Shown one piece after another: positions 56,096-64,000 of a stretch of 64,000 bases of DNA. The stretch lies in the IMG/VR virus record IMGVR_UViG_3300010430_000021. One strand, given 5' to 3'. Below the pieces are notes generated by a model, which was not told where the DNA came from, did no database searches, and saw only the letters and a program-made list of their open reading frames with translations. Numbering within the stretch: the first letter of the stretch is position 1; every line of letters begins with the position of its first letter. The translations under genes and the position numbers were made by a program. The DNA is from an uncultured virus (IMG/VR IMGVR_UViG_3300010430_000021) (Duplodnaviria > Heunggongvirae > Uroviricota > Caudoviricetes).

Positions 56096-56878
56096 TTAAT
56101 CCTCGTCGTTCTGGCAATAGATGATTGGGCCGCGTTGGACGGGCTCCGCTTTCGCCGCGGCGCCTCGTAGTTGTTGTTCGCTCTTGAGCATTTCGACGTG
56201 GCCCTCCAAGAACTCGACCTTCTTCAGAAGCGCGATGTTATCGGCCTGGAGCACTTCGTTGCGTCGGTGCATCTGGCGTTCCCGAGCGCCGCCCTCAGCG
56301 AAGGCTTTGTGCGCGTAGGCGAATTGGGAGTTGGGTTTGGATGTAACCATGCGGCCTGTGACTGTGCCCATCCCTAGCGCTTCGCTACTCTCTCGGTGCA
56401 TGGAGATGGCTTCCATCTCGTTTTGGAGCTTCACGTTGCGGTGCCGGAGTTTGTCGTACTCATTGACGAGGATCTTGATTCCATCGGCAGTTGTAGATGC
56501 TCTGTGAATGCCTGGCACTTCTCGAGCCATTTGGCTCAGCTCGGCGTCGGTCATCACGGGGGGAATCTCGCACTCAGGGCGGTCTTTACTTGGGAGCATC
56601 ACTGAAGTGACGAACATCGCCACGAACGTGTGAATTTCCCACTTGCAGGCCATCGCGCCCGCCGTGGACAAGTCTTTCTTGCGAACAAACCACTGGTGCG
56701 AGCTCTTGTCGTACTCGTACCCGAAGCGCGTGAGTATTTCGATGATGGTCTCGTGGAACCTGTCCACGTCGTCGCGGAACTTGATGACGTGACAAAGGTG
56801 CGTCTCGAAGGTCTGTGGGACCGACCCCGAGTTGACCGCTAGTGTGGTTTTTACTCTGTCCCCTTTGTTGCGTGGCAT
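56096..56878 (-). CDS. Hypothetical coiled-coil protein
   Basis: AGGAG RBS; TGATG coupling. Confidence 0.6.
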   Translation of the reverse strand: MPRNKGDRVKTTLAVNSGSVPQTFETHLCHVIKFRDDVDRFHETIIEILTRFGYEYDKSSHQWFVRKKDLSTAGAMACKWEIHTFVAMFVTSVMLPSKDRPECEIPPVMTDAELSQMAREVPGIHRASTTADGIKILVNEYDKLRHRNVKLQNEMEAISMHRESSEALGMGTVTGRMVTSKPNSQFAYAHKAFAEGGARERQMHRRNEVLQADNIALLKKVEFLEGHVEMLKSEQQLRGAAAKAEPVQRGPIIYCQNDED

Positions 56879-57342
56879 CACTTCACTCCTGGTAGTAGGT
56901 TGGGCATTTTCTTGCCCTTGAGTCGGACTTCTTCCAACTGAGGCAAGGTGTACTGGCCGACTGTTTGGCCGTTGGGCAACACAAGGTGCGCCATGAACTC
57001 TTCGTCGAACGTCGTGATGTCGCTCTCTACGGCCTCGAGCTTGGCCTTGACGACAAGGGCGAGAGCTCGCCAACGTTGGCGGCCTGCCTGCTCCCAAGCC
57101 TTCTCTATGGCCGGCTGAGACCGCTCACGGCCCGTGTCCGTGAGTTGGAACTCATCGTCGTTGATGTCGGGCATCGTGATTTGGAAGCGGACCATGCGCC
57201 CGTCCATGCGAAAGGCGATGATGGCCGCGGTGCCATCCCAGCCGTAGCTGAAACCATCGGCGCCGTATCGCACGAGGGTCTTCTCAATCTCGGCCCTCGA
57301 TCGGTCGGAAGTCGTTTTCGTTTGCGCTGCGTATCTACTCAT
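56878..57342 (-). CDS. Conserved phage hypothetical protein
   Basis: [19 protein letters not shown]...[19 protein letters not shown]...FDEEFMAH pattern. Confidence 0.75.
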   Translation of the reverse strand: MSRYAAQTKTTSDRSRAEIEKTLVRYGADGFSYGWDGTAAIIAFRMDGRMVRFQITMPDINDDEFQLTDTGRERSQPAIEKAWEQAGRQRWRALALVVKAKLEAVESDITTFDEEFMAHLVLPNGQTVGQYTLPQLEEVRLKGKKMPNLLPGVK

Positions 57343-58172
57343 ACCGACACCTCAAATTTGATTGAGGGTTGGGGGTCGTAGCCCGTCAATTCGATGTCCG
57401 CGGCGACGATTTCATCCACGGGCTTGCCTGGTGGAAGCCCTAGGAAGGGCAGCGGGCCACACTCGCGCTTCATTTGCTCGCGTAGGCCCGGGATATGGTT
57501 CTGGTAGGCGTGCGCGTCCCCAATTGTGTGAACGAAATCGCCCCCCATGTAGCCGCACTCGTTGGCGATGAGTCGGGTCAAGAGCGCGTAGCTTGCGATG
57601 TTGAAGGGCACGCCCAAAGCCACGTCCGCCGACCGCTGATACATCTGGCAGTCGAGGTAGCCTTTGAATAGCGCGTCCCCTTCCTTGGGCCTCACGTAGA
57701 ATTGAAACATGAGATGGCACGGGGGCAGGGCCATGTCGGGCACGTCTTCGACGTTCCAAGCGCTCACGATGATGCGCCGGGACATGGGGCTCTCTTTGAT
57801 TGTCTTGATGGCTCGAGCGATTTGATCGGTGCCTGCGTAATGAATCTCGGTTGGTGAAGGATTACGTGGGCGTCTTCCCCAGTTGCGCCACTGGTGCCCG
57901 TAGATAGGCCCGAGGTCGCCGTTCTCATCGGCCCACTCGTTCCAAATCTTAGAGTCGAGGTCGTTGATGTTGGTCGAGCCTGAGAGGAACCAAAGGAGCT
58001 CGGCGACTACGGCTTTGAAGTTGACCTTCTTGGTCGTGAGTAGCGGGAAGCCGTCTTGCAGATTGTATCTGTGTTGCGTCCCGAAGATCGATCGGGTGCC
58101 GGTCCCTGTACGGTCGCCGCGGTCGGTGCCGTTGTCTAGGATGTCGTTGACCAATTCCTTGTACTGTTTCAT
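57339..58172 (-). CDS. thyA: Thymidylate synthase
   Basis: [38 protein letters not shown]...GVPFNIASY. Confidence 0.97.
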   Translation of the reverse strand: MKQYKELVNDILDNGTDRGDRTGTGTRSIFGTQHRYNLQDGFPLLTTKKVNFKAVVAELLWFLSGSTNINDLDSKIWNEWADENGDLGPIYGHQWRNWGRRPRNPSPTEIHYAGTDQIARAIKTIKESPMSRRIIVSAWNVEDVPDMALPPCHLMFQFYVRPKEGDALFKGYLDCQMYQRSADVALGVPFNIASYALLTRLIANECGYMGGDFVHTIGDAHAYQNHIPGLREQMKRECGPLPFLGLPPGKPVDEIVAADIELTGYDPQPSIKFEVSV

Positions 58173-58417
58173 TTCGTTCTCTTCTCTGTGCAGTCGGGGC
58201 AGTAGTATTCTTCTGAGCCAGCGCTCGACCATCCTTTGGGCGTGACGAAACTACGCCCCTGCACAACCGCGTGGTTGTCGGGGATAGAATCAACCTCGAA
58301 ACTCTCGGTGAGAGTTACCGTGCCTTCCGCGGTGACGTAGCTCTTGCAATACGACCCTGCGCAGGTGATGTCGATTTCGGCTTTAACTCGGATAGTGAAG
58401 TCGCTGTAGTTGAACAT
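58169..58417 (-). CDS. Small zinc-binding protein
   Basis: C...C and YCPDC. Confidence 0.55.
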   Translation of the reverse strand: MFNYSDFTIRVKAEIDITCAGSYCKSYVTAEGTVTLTESFEVDSIPDNHAVVQGRSFVTPKGWSSAGSEEYYCPDCTEKRTK

Positions 58418-58435
58418 TTGTCGGGGCTCTTAGCT

Positions 58436-58684
58436 CTACTCGGGCGCAGCGTCGGCTGCGTCCGCGATTCCCATAAAGGAGAAGTCGAGGTCGCCCGATG
58501 CCCTGTGGCTGATTGTGCCTTCAGCGGGCTCTGTGATGTTGTCCGCGTTGAAGGGGCTGTTGTCGTCGAAGTACCCACGGTCGGCGCAGACTTGCTTAGC
58601 TGCATCAATCGTGTTGAAGAGCATGTACTGCTCCGCAAACGTGAGTCCTGTTTTCCGGCTTTTGTCGATCAGTAGTATTTTCAT
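58436..58684 (-). CDS. Hypothetical protein
   Basis: GGAG RBS; ATGA coupling. Confidence 0.55.
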   Translation of the reverse strand: MKILLIDKSRKTGLTFAEQYMLFNTIDAAKQVCADRGYFDDNSPFNADNITEPAEGTISHRASGDLDFSFMGIADAADAAPE

Positions 58685-59352
58685 TCTGGTATCTCCAAGG
58701 TTTGCCCGTCCCAAGCGGCTACGCCGAACTCAGAGCAGGTCGTTATCGTGGTGTATCCTAGGTGGTTAAGGCTCACGACCCAATGAATTTGCGGGTCGAG
58801 TTTGGCTGAGGCGCAGATGTTCCCCGAAGGGCATTCTGTGGGCCTCTTCATGCGTCCGTAGCCGTCCTTGCGGCCACAGTTGGAGCATCGCCAAGCAATC
58901 AACCCAGGCTTCAAATCGACGCCTGGGCAGTTCTTCTTGAGGAAGAGGAAGAGACGGCGAGCTCGTATCTTGACGAGTAGCTTTGAGCGCTCGTCGGCTT
59001 CCTTTTGGGTTTCGATCGAGGCGCCAACCCAAACATTGGGAGGGATCCCTCCGTTGGGGGGCATCCGGCGCCACTGCTCCGGCATCTCTCTGCCGAAGTG
59101 CTCGAAGTCCTCCACGAGAAGGAGGAATTGCTTGACGGGGTTGTCGGTTATGTCCTTGGCAACGTCATCGAGTTTCGTATGACGTTGCACAGGGACAAAG
59201 ACTCTGCCTTCTAATTCAGGCCAAACAGAGTCAAACCAGTGTGTGCGGGTCGGGAAGTTGGTCATGCGGATAGGTGTATCCCCAGGTGTGGTCACAGTCG
59301 CAACCGTTCCAGGCGATGAGTACGAATTTTTCGGATTGATATTGGCGGCCAC
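58681..59352 (-). CDS. DUF5131 (phage Gp37/Gp68)-like protein, divergent
   Basis: PPNVWVGASIETQKEADER...IRARRLFL...IHWVV. Confidence 0.6.
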   Translation of the reverse strand: MAANINPKNSYSSPGTVATVTTPGDTPIRMTNFPTRTHWFDSVWPELEGRVFVPVQRHTKLDDVAKDITDNPVKQFLLLVEDFEHFGREMPEQWRRMPPNGGIPPNVWVGASIETQKEADERSKLLVKIRARRLFLFLKKNCPGVDLKPGLIAWRCSNCGRKDGYGRMKRPTECPSGNICASAKLDPQIHWVVSLNHLGYTTITTCSEFGVAAWDGQTLEIPE

Positions 59353-59393
59353 AGTATTTCCCCTGTGTGCCGCACTTCGGACAATGGTGAGGA

Positions 59394-59699
59394 TCAGTCT
59401 TCGGAGGGCTCGTCCTCTCCAGAACTCCCGTCTTCCTCGTCGGGGGATTCTGGCTCTCCTTGGGCGAGCTCTTCTTTGTTGCAGGTCTCGAGGATCTCTT
59501 GGGCCTGCTCGGCTGCCCTTGAGATTTCTCCGGCTGCATCGAGGAGGGCGTCGATTGCGTTGGCTCGCTCTTTTCCGTCTTTGTCTTCTTCGGGGTAGAG
59601 GAAGAGGGAGATTGCCGCATCGCACGCCTCCGTCGCGCCAGAGATATGCCCGTGTGCCGCCGCGAGGCGGGCCATGATGAAATCGCGTTCTTCTGCCAT
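59394..59699 (-). CDS. Acidic helical protein
   Basis: In-operon ORF. Confidence 0.6.
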   Translation of the reverse strand: MAEERDFIMARLAAAHGHISGATEACDAAISLFLYPEEDKDGKERANAIDALLDAAGEISRAAEQAQEILETCNKEELAQGEPESPDEEDGSSGEDEPSED

Positions 59700-59702
59700 C
59701 GT

Positions 59703-60053
59703 TTACTTTTCCTCTTCTTCTTCTTTGGGTGTCGGGATCGGCTCATAGGGAGGCTTTGGTACTTTGTGGAATTGCTTCACGCTAATGACGGGCTCTCGAG
59801 CTATCGCTGAGACGTACATAAGGTTTCCGCAAAAGTCGCAGTCAATGTAGAGGGAATTCTCTGTGAGTTTCGACTCGGGGATTGGATCGCGCCCACCATA
59901 CTCGGCGAGCATTTTGTGGTTGTTGCGTTTGCCGCACCAAGGGCAAGGAACGTTGCTTTCAACGCCAGTCTTCGACTTCTTGCTGATGGGGTGATCTACT
60001 GCGAACGCTTGCTTGCGTTCCTCTTCACTTTTGTAGGGTCCAAAATCGGACAT
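59703..60053 (-). CDS. Zinc-ribbon protein
   Basis: CPWC and CDFC. Confidence 0.6.
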   Translation of the reverse strand: MSDFGPYKSEEERKQAFAVDHPISKKSKTGVESNVPCPWCGKRNNHKMLAEYGGRDPIPESKLTENSLYIDCDFCGNLMYVSAIAREPVISVKQFHKVPKPPYEPIPTPKEEEEEK

Positions 60054-60214
60054 TAGTTTCTCTCCTTCTCTTCTTCGCTCTCGACGTGTTGGGTGAGGAT
60101 GATGCGAAGGTACTCAGACAGGCTGAGCACTCCCGACTTCTTTTGCACTTTCACAAGTCTCTTTAGGAGCTTTTCAGGGAGGCGTGTCTGTACTGCCTTT
60201 TGCTTCGCTGCCAT
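60053..60214 (-). CDS. Ribbon-helix-helix transcription regulator
   Basis: KAVQTRLPEKLLKRL...SLSEYLRIIL; TGCAACA direct repeat upstream. Confidence 0.65.
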   Translation of the reverse strand: MAAKQKAVQTRLPEKLLKRLVKVQKKSGVLSLSEYLRIILTQHVESEEEKERN

Positions 60215-60262
60215 GGCCACTGAGTAGCATAGTGTTGCAGATTGTTGCAAACTGATTCAAAG

Positions 60263-60300
60263 AAAAAACCCCCTCTCGGGTCATAACTCCGAGAGAGGGC
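60263..60300 (-). terminator. Intrinsic terminator
   Basis: Minus strand CCCTCTCTCGG/CCGAGAGGGG hairpin followed by T6. Confidence 0.7.
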
Positions 60301-60329
60301 AGTGTGGTTGGAGCGATTGGCGTCGGCTC

Positions 60330-60623
60330 CTATTGGATAATCCTACTCTTGCCTTTGTCTGGTGTCGAGTCTGGATGGATGACTGTTATCGGCTTATCTG
60401 CGGTGAAGGTAAACTTCATGATGCCCTCTTGGCCGGTCCCCTGGATTTGGACTTTCCCCATCATTGTGAAGAGGCCAGGAATGGACGGGTCCGAGGTCAC
60501 GGCGCCCATCATCTGCCCCATGCCTGGGAAGAAGATTTGGACGGGGATGCTTTTGTCTTCAGCCTCGGAGGCTGCGATGCGTCGGTTGAGATCGATGGCG
60601 ATTGGATGTTCGGCGAAATTCAT
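60330..60623 (-). CDS. Hypothetical protein
   Basis: ATGA coupling; followed by a terminator. Confidence 0.6.
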   Translation of the reverse strand: MNFAEHPIAIDLNRRIAASEAEDKSIPVQIFFPGMGQMMGAVTSDPSIPGLFTMMGKVQIQGTGQEGIMKFTFTADKPITVIHPDSTPDKGKSRIIQ

Positions 60624-61150
60624 ATCGGATTCATACCAGAAAACAACCGTGCCAGGAGGGTCGGGTCGGGCCCGATTTGAACGGCCTTGATACCGTGTGA
60701 GACGAGCTTCTGAGCTCCCTCACCAGTAGGGCAAATCACGGCGTCGTAGACCTTCAGAGACTCGATCTCCTTGTCCACCATGATGTTCGTGCCTTCGAGG
60801 ATGGCAACGTTGGGCACGCCCACCGTGTAGAGGCCAGGGATGGCCATGGCGGGCTCGTAGGCGACGCCATCGCCGCCCTGGGAGTTCCCGAACTGAGCGG
60901 TGCTGATCGTCGCTCCTAGGGCCACGCCGGGCGGGATGCAGACCACGTTGATGAAGCGCATCTTGAGCGCAGTCATGAAGACGTGCGGCACTTTGTCCCA
61001 GGGGTGCATTCCAAAAGGGACAACACCGATAGGCATGACGCGAACCCCGAGTCCCGTCTTATCGACGGCCTCAAGGTATGGGAATGCGAGACCCTCCGAG
61101 TCCATGCTCGGTAGGGTCACGCAGGCGTAGCGGATCAGTGCTTCGTTCAC
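60620..61150 (-). CDS. Hypothetical protein (weak resemblance to a glycosyltransferase N-terminal lobe)
   Basis: NVAILE...YDAVICPT; similarity weak. Confidence 0.55.
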   Translation of the reverse strand: MNEALIRYACVTLPSMDSEGLAFPYLEAVDKTGLGVRVMPIGVVPFGMHPWDKVPHVFMTALKMRFINVVCIPPGVALGATISTAQFGNSQGGDGVAYEPAMAIPGLYTVGVPNVAILEGTNIMVDKEIESLKVYDAVICPTGEGAQKLVSHGIKAVQIGPDPTLLARLFSGMNPI

Positions 61151-61183
61151 GCGGAGACCCTACCATGTAGGTGTGACAAGAGC

Positions 61184-61861
61184 CTAGTGGACCGCTTCGT
61201 CGATCATGAGGTCCATCTCGTCGTCGCTGAGGTCGGTTCCAAAGCCACTTGAGAGAACTCCCATGTCGAGGTCTTCGAGCTCGTCCTTGATTTCCTCCGC
61301 GGAGAGCGTGGCAATCGGTGGAGGAAGCTCGCCGCCCGTTGCGCCGCCGCTGGTGTTGTAGGCGGGGACAACGGATGTTGTGCGGACGGGTGCCGGCAAG
61401 ACGGACGTGCCACGAGGCGAGGCCACCGTCGAGGTGTTGAGCTGAGGCATTGGCTCACCAGGCTGCACGTTCAGGTTGTGGTCGGAGACCATCCAACCGT
61501 ACTTGGGAAGGTAGGCTTGAACCGCTGTCTGGATGGCAGCGATGCTCGCGCCGACAACAACAGGGGTGTGGTATTGCTTGACTCGATCGATCCGGTGGAC
61601 CAAGAGCCAGGCGGCGCCCGCTGCGCCTACCGTCGAGAGCACGCTTGCGTGCTTGGCTAGCTTTGGGAATCTCTTCAAGATCATCCCGTGAACGACTCGA
61701 GAAGCCATCCGGGTGCCTGCATAACCGGCGAACCCGGGGACGACAAACTCTGCGAGGTCTTGCAACGCGGGCGGGTTTGACTTCGCCACGATGTCGTTGT
61801 TCTTCTTCGCTCGTTTGGATGCGCGCTTCTTGTAGGCCGCTAGCCCTTTTTTCTTTGCCAT
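61184..61861 (-). CDS. Basic N-terminus/KSNP protein, probable paralogue of core protein 23621..24844
   Basis: MAKKKG..., KSNP, hydrophobic helices alignable by eye to the core protein C-domain, acidic tail. Confidence 0.7.
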   Translation of the reverse strand: MAKKKGLAAYKKRASKRAKKNNDIVAKSNPPALQDLAEFVVPGFAGYAGTRMASRVVHGMILKRFPKLAKHASVLSTVGAAGAAWLLVHRIDRVKQYHTPVVVGASIAAIQTAVQAYLPKYGWMVSDHNLNVQPGEPMPQLNTSTVASPRGTSVLPAPVRTTSVVPAYNTSGGATGGELPPPIATLSAEEIKDELEDLDMGVLSSGFGTDLSDDEMDLMIDEAVH

Positions 61862-61894
61862 TGTTGTCCTGTCAAGGTGGGCCGGAGAGCCGAT

Positions 61895-61924
61895 AGTATA
61901 AGCATCCCCCGGATTTACGGTCAA
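61895..61924 (-). promoter_or_regulatory. Putative sigma70-type promoter
   Basis: TTGACC-N18-TATACT on the minus strand just upstream of 61861. Confidence 0.55.
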
Positions 61925-61926
61925 CT

Positions 61927-62772
61927 TCAAGCTGCTAGATGCGCTCTGAGCAGTCCAGGGCGATTTGTGATGAGCAGGCAGGGCACTTTTCCACGGCCTG
62001 CCTTGTTGCGGTTGACCGAGCGCCTCTCCTGCGCGGGCACCGAAGTAGCGTAAGTATACCAAGACCTTACCTTCTCAGTGTCCGAGTTGTGGCAAAGGAA
62101 GGCCGCGCCGCGTTGGTGAGCGTAATAGAGCTCTGCGCTCAATCGGTCTTGACTTACGCCCGTGTACCCGTCCGCGGAGTAGCCAACATAGGTGCCGTCG
62201 TAGGGCGGGTCGGCGTAGATCAGGTCGCCCTCGCCGGCCTGGCGCACGCACGGCTCGAAGTCCCCGTGCTGGATTTCCGTGCCTTGCAGAGCTTCGGAGG
62301 CGGCGCCCATTCGCTCGAGTAGAGCGTCTGTGATCTTGTCCGATGCGTGCCCATAGGCTGCGTTCATCTTCCCCTTCTTGTTCGTGCGCCACAGTCCGTT
62401 GAAGCAGTGCGCGTTGAGGTAGATCATTCTCGCCGCGGCCTCGACATCCGTGTCGGGGTCGCTCGCTCGCACAGCGTAGTAGTTGTCTTCTTGCGTGCCC
62501 CACTCGCGCAACTCGCACAAGAGCAGCCCGACATCTACGGGCGTCTCTTTGACGGCGCGGTAGGTACGCACGAGGTCTTCGAGGGTGTCGTTGACCACCA
62601 TCCTCTCGAGCCCTAGACCTAGCGCCATCGCGAGCCCACCACTGAAGGGCTCGTAGTAGGTGCCCCCTGTTTCTTCGAGGTACGTCTTGATGGTCGGTGC
62701 CAGTGTCGGCACGAATGCTTTCTTTCCCCCTACCCATTTCAGGAACGGGATTGCCTTCGGTTCAAATGTCAT
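61927..62772 (-). CDS. dam: DNA adenine methyltransferase (Dam/D12 family)
   Basis: PFLKWVGGK, YYEPFSGG, CFNGLWRTN, IYADPPY. Confidence 0.92.
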   Translation of the reverse strand: MTFEPKAIPFLKWVGGKKAFVPTLAPTIKTYLEETGGTYYEPFSGGLAMALGLGLERMVVNDTLEDLVRTYRAVKETPVDVGLLLCELREWGTQEDNYYAVRASDPDTDVEAAARMIYLNAHCFNGLWRTNKKGKMNAAYGHASDKITDALLERMGAASEALQGTEIQHGDFEPCVRQAGEGDLIYADPPYDGTYVGYSADGYTGVSQDRLSAELYYAHQRGAAFLCHNSDTEKVRSWYTYATSVPAQERRSVNRNKAGRGKVPCLLITNRPGLLRAHLAA

Positions 62773-63026
62773 TTCACTCTCCAGATTCCATCCCACCAAA
62801 ACAGTGCGATGCCTTCAATAATCACTTCCCTCTTGCGCCTGATTGGCGGCATCCTAGGGCCTAGGTAAATTTCTCTGTAGTCCGCGAGCTCCTTTATGTA
62901 CTTCGTGCATTCAGAGCAAAGCCCTCGGATCGAACCCATGTCTACGCTTCGGTTCTCCCACGAGCATCGGGCGCACTTACTTGCCGAGGGCATGAGGCCC
63001 CCTTGTGAATCGGACCCCAATCCCAA
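62769..63026 (-). CDS. Small zinc-finger protein
   Basis: CARC and LCSEC; start uncertain. Confidence 0.5.
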   Translation of the reverse strand: MGLGSDSQGGLMPSASKCARCSWENRSVDMGSIRGLCSECTKYIKELADYREIYLGPRMPPIRRKREVIIEGIALFWWDGIWRVK

Positions 63027-63441
63027 CGGCGTCTACCGTGTTGTGGAATAGCGACATGGCCTTGGGCTTCTCGATGCGGTCGCGCTCGTCTTTCGAGAGC
63101 TTGCTCAAGATGCGCTCGGTCATGATTTTCTTGGGCGTCCCACCCTTCCAGTTGTGAGGCTCGTACTCCACGATGCGGCAGCGAGGGAGCCTGCCCGTCA
63201 CGCGGCCCGACATGAGCAAGAGCTCAACAAGGTCGGCGGGCCTCTTGCTGTCCTTCCGAATCTGCATTCGCTCGATCACAATCGTTCGGATCAGCACCGC
63301 GCTCACCGGAATCTTCTCGATCACGTTGTCCGCGGTCTCTGCCCACGTATTGCCTCGGGCGAGCCACGCCGTCGTGAGCTCCTTGTCTTCCCACAAGGAA
63401 ACCCCTGCCACCTTCTTACCTGGATCTAAACATAGAATCAT
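62977..63441 (-). CDS. RuvC-like Holliday junction resolvase
   Basis: ILCLDPG (D), IVIERMQ (E), PHNWKG, HNTVDAVGIG (D). Confidence 0.8.
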   Translation of the reverse strand: MILCLDPGKKVAGVSLWEDKELTTAWLARGNTWAETADNVIEKIPVSAVLIRTIVIERMQIRKDSKRPADLVELLLMSGRVTGRLPRCRIVEYEPHNWKGGTPKKIMTERILSKLSKDERDRIEKPKAMSLFHNTVDAVGIGVRFTRGPHALGK

Positions 63442-63749
63442 TTCTCTCTCCTGAATTTCCCGCGCCACCAAAACCCCTTGGCCTTTGGAGGTTTGACTTC
63501 CACCTTCTTGAGCGCCTCTTTGACTTCCCTCTTCTCTCGGGACTCTAGGCGCTTCTTTTTCTTCTCCGCGGGGCTGAGGCTCACTGCTTGCTTCTCAAGG
63601 GCATCCCAAAGCGATAGAGGTTTTGGGTTCATACACATGCTGCAAGTGTGGTCCTCGTGCTTGACGCCCTCGAGCTCTCGGACGTAGTGCCCGCACTCAA
63701 GCAAGATCCAAACGTCGTCTCCGCTATTTTCAAACTGGAACCTACTCAC
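63438..63749 (-). CDS. Hypothetical protein
   Basis: LECGH...CSMC; basic tail. Confidence 0.55.
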   Translation of the reverse strand: MSRFQFENSGDDVWILLECGHYVRELEGVKHEDHTCSMCMNPKPLSLWDALEKQAVSLSPAEKKKKRLESREKREVKEALKKVEVKPPKAKGFWWRGKFRREK

Positions 63750-64000
63750 GCCGCCATCGCCTCTACGTTGCGAGAGAAGTCCTCAATCCACTCCTTGCCT
63801 TCCTTCTTGCAAGGGACAAGGACTTGCTCTCCGTTGATTTCACGGAAGACGGGCGCCGCGCCCTTCTTCCAGGTGAAGCACATAGCCCCCGTCGCGCCGA
63901 TAGGTACGTCGGGAACAAAGCGCTCCATGCTTTCTCTCATGATTTTCTCGAGCTCCTTCATCGCTCGGCTCGCACGCACGCGGCCTAGGTCGGTACCGTC
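63746..64000 (-). CDS. C-terminal end of probable family A DNA polymerase (truncated by window edge)
   Basis: Frame open to 64000; ELEKIMRESMERFVPDVPI...W resembles the PolA C-terminus; replication-module context. Confidence 0.5.
   Translation of the reverse strand, partial: DGTDLGRVRASRAMKELEKIMRESMERFVPDVPIGATGAMCFTWKKGAAPVFREINGEQVLVPCKKEGKEWIEDFSRNVEAMAA

Larger units (their letters stand above)
1..64000. mobile_element. Virus/provirus genome fragment (temperate, probably non-tailed, membrane-containing)
   Basis: Dense modular gene arrangement with integrase, lysis cassette, virion module and DNA metabolism module; no host housekeeping operons. Confidence 0.9.

Noticed and set aside
60620..61150. 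Glycosyltransferase call
   Set aside because: Only a faint resemblance to one lobe; too short for a full GT-B enzyme
1..64000. tRNA/rRNA genes, att sites and host taxonomy
   Set aside because: No cloverleaf or rRNA sequence recognised by eye; no virus-host junction in the window; host can only be inferred as diderm from the spanins

Overview
The whole window reads as one virus or provirus genome fragment, open at both ends. It starts inside a tyrosine integrase and ends inside a probable family A DNA polymerase. Layout: (i) 1.3-10.1 kb, leftward late/lysis block (M15 endolysin, tail-anchored M23 peptidase and lytic transglycosylase, J-domain protein, holin, i-/o-spanin pair, which implies a diderm host); (ii) 10.1-15.3 kb, leftward small early genes incl. 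DUF3560- and DUF932-like proteins; (iii) a repeat-rich divergence region at 15.35-15.88 kb; (iv) 15.9-43.9 kb, a rightward virion module; (v) 44-64 kb, leftward replication, nucleotide-metabolism and accessory genes (HNH, Nudix, thermonuclease, dCMP deaminase, oligoribonuclease, ThyA, Dam, RuvC-like, PolA). I recognise no terminase, portal, HK97 capsid, tail tube/sheath or tape measure in the virion module. It instead has a Cys-His-Asp transglutaminase-like protease, a Lys/Arg-rich histone-like protein with repeated KxNP motifs, two adjacent ~190-200 aa candidate jelly-roll capsid proteins and beta-rich spike/fibre paralogues. Across both late blocks there are about 18 C-terminally membrane-anchored proteins, many sharing M-x-Y starts and (QD)LG motifs. 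Best inference: a large, temperate, non-tailed internal-membrane virus with a peptide-motif-based assembly/maturation system. Two distinct repeated intergenic DNA motifs mark the early and late gene blocks. All family calls come from motifs read by eye; no searches were run.
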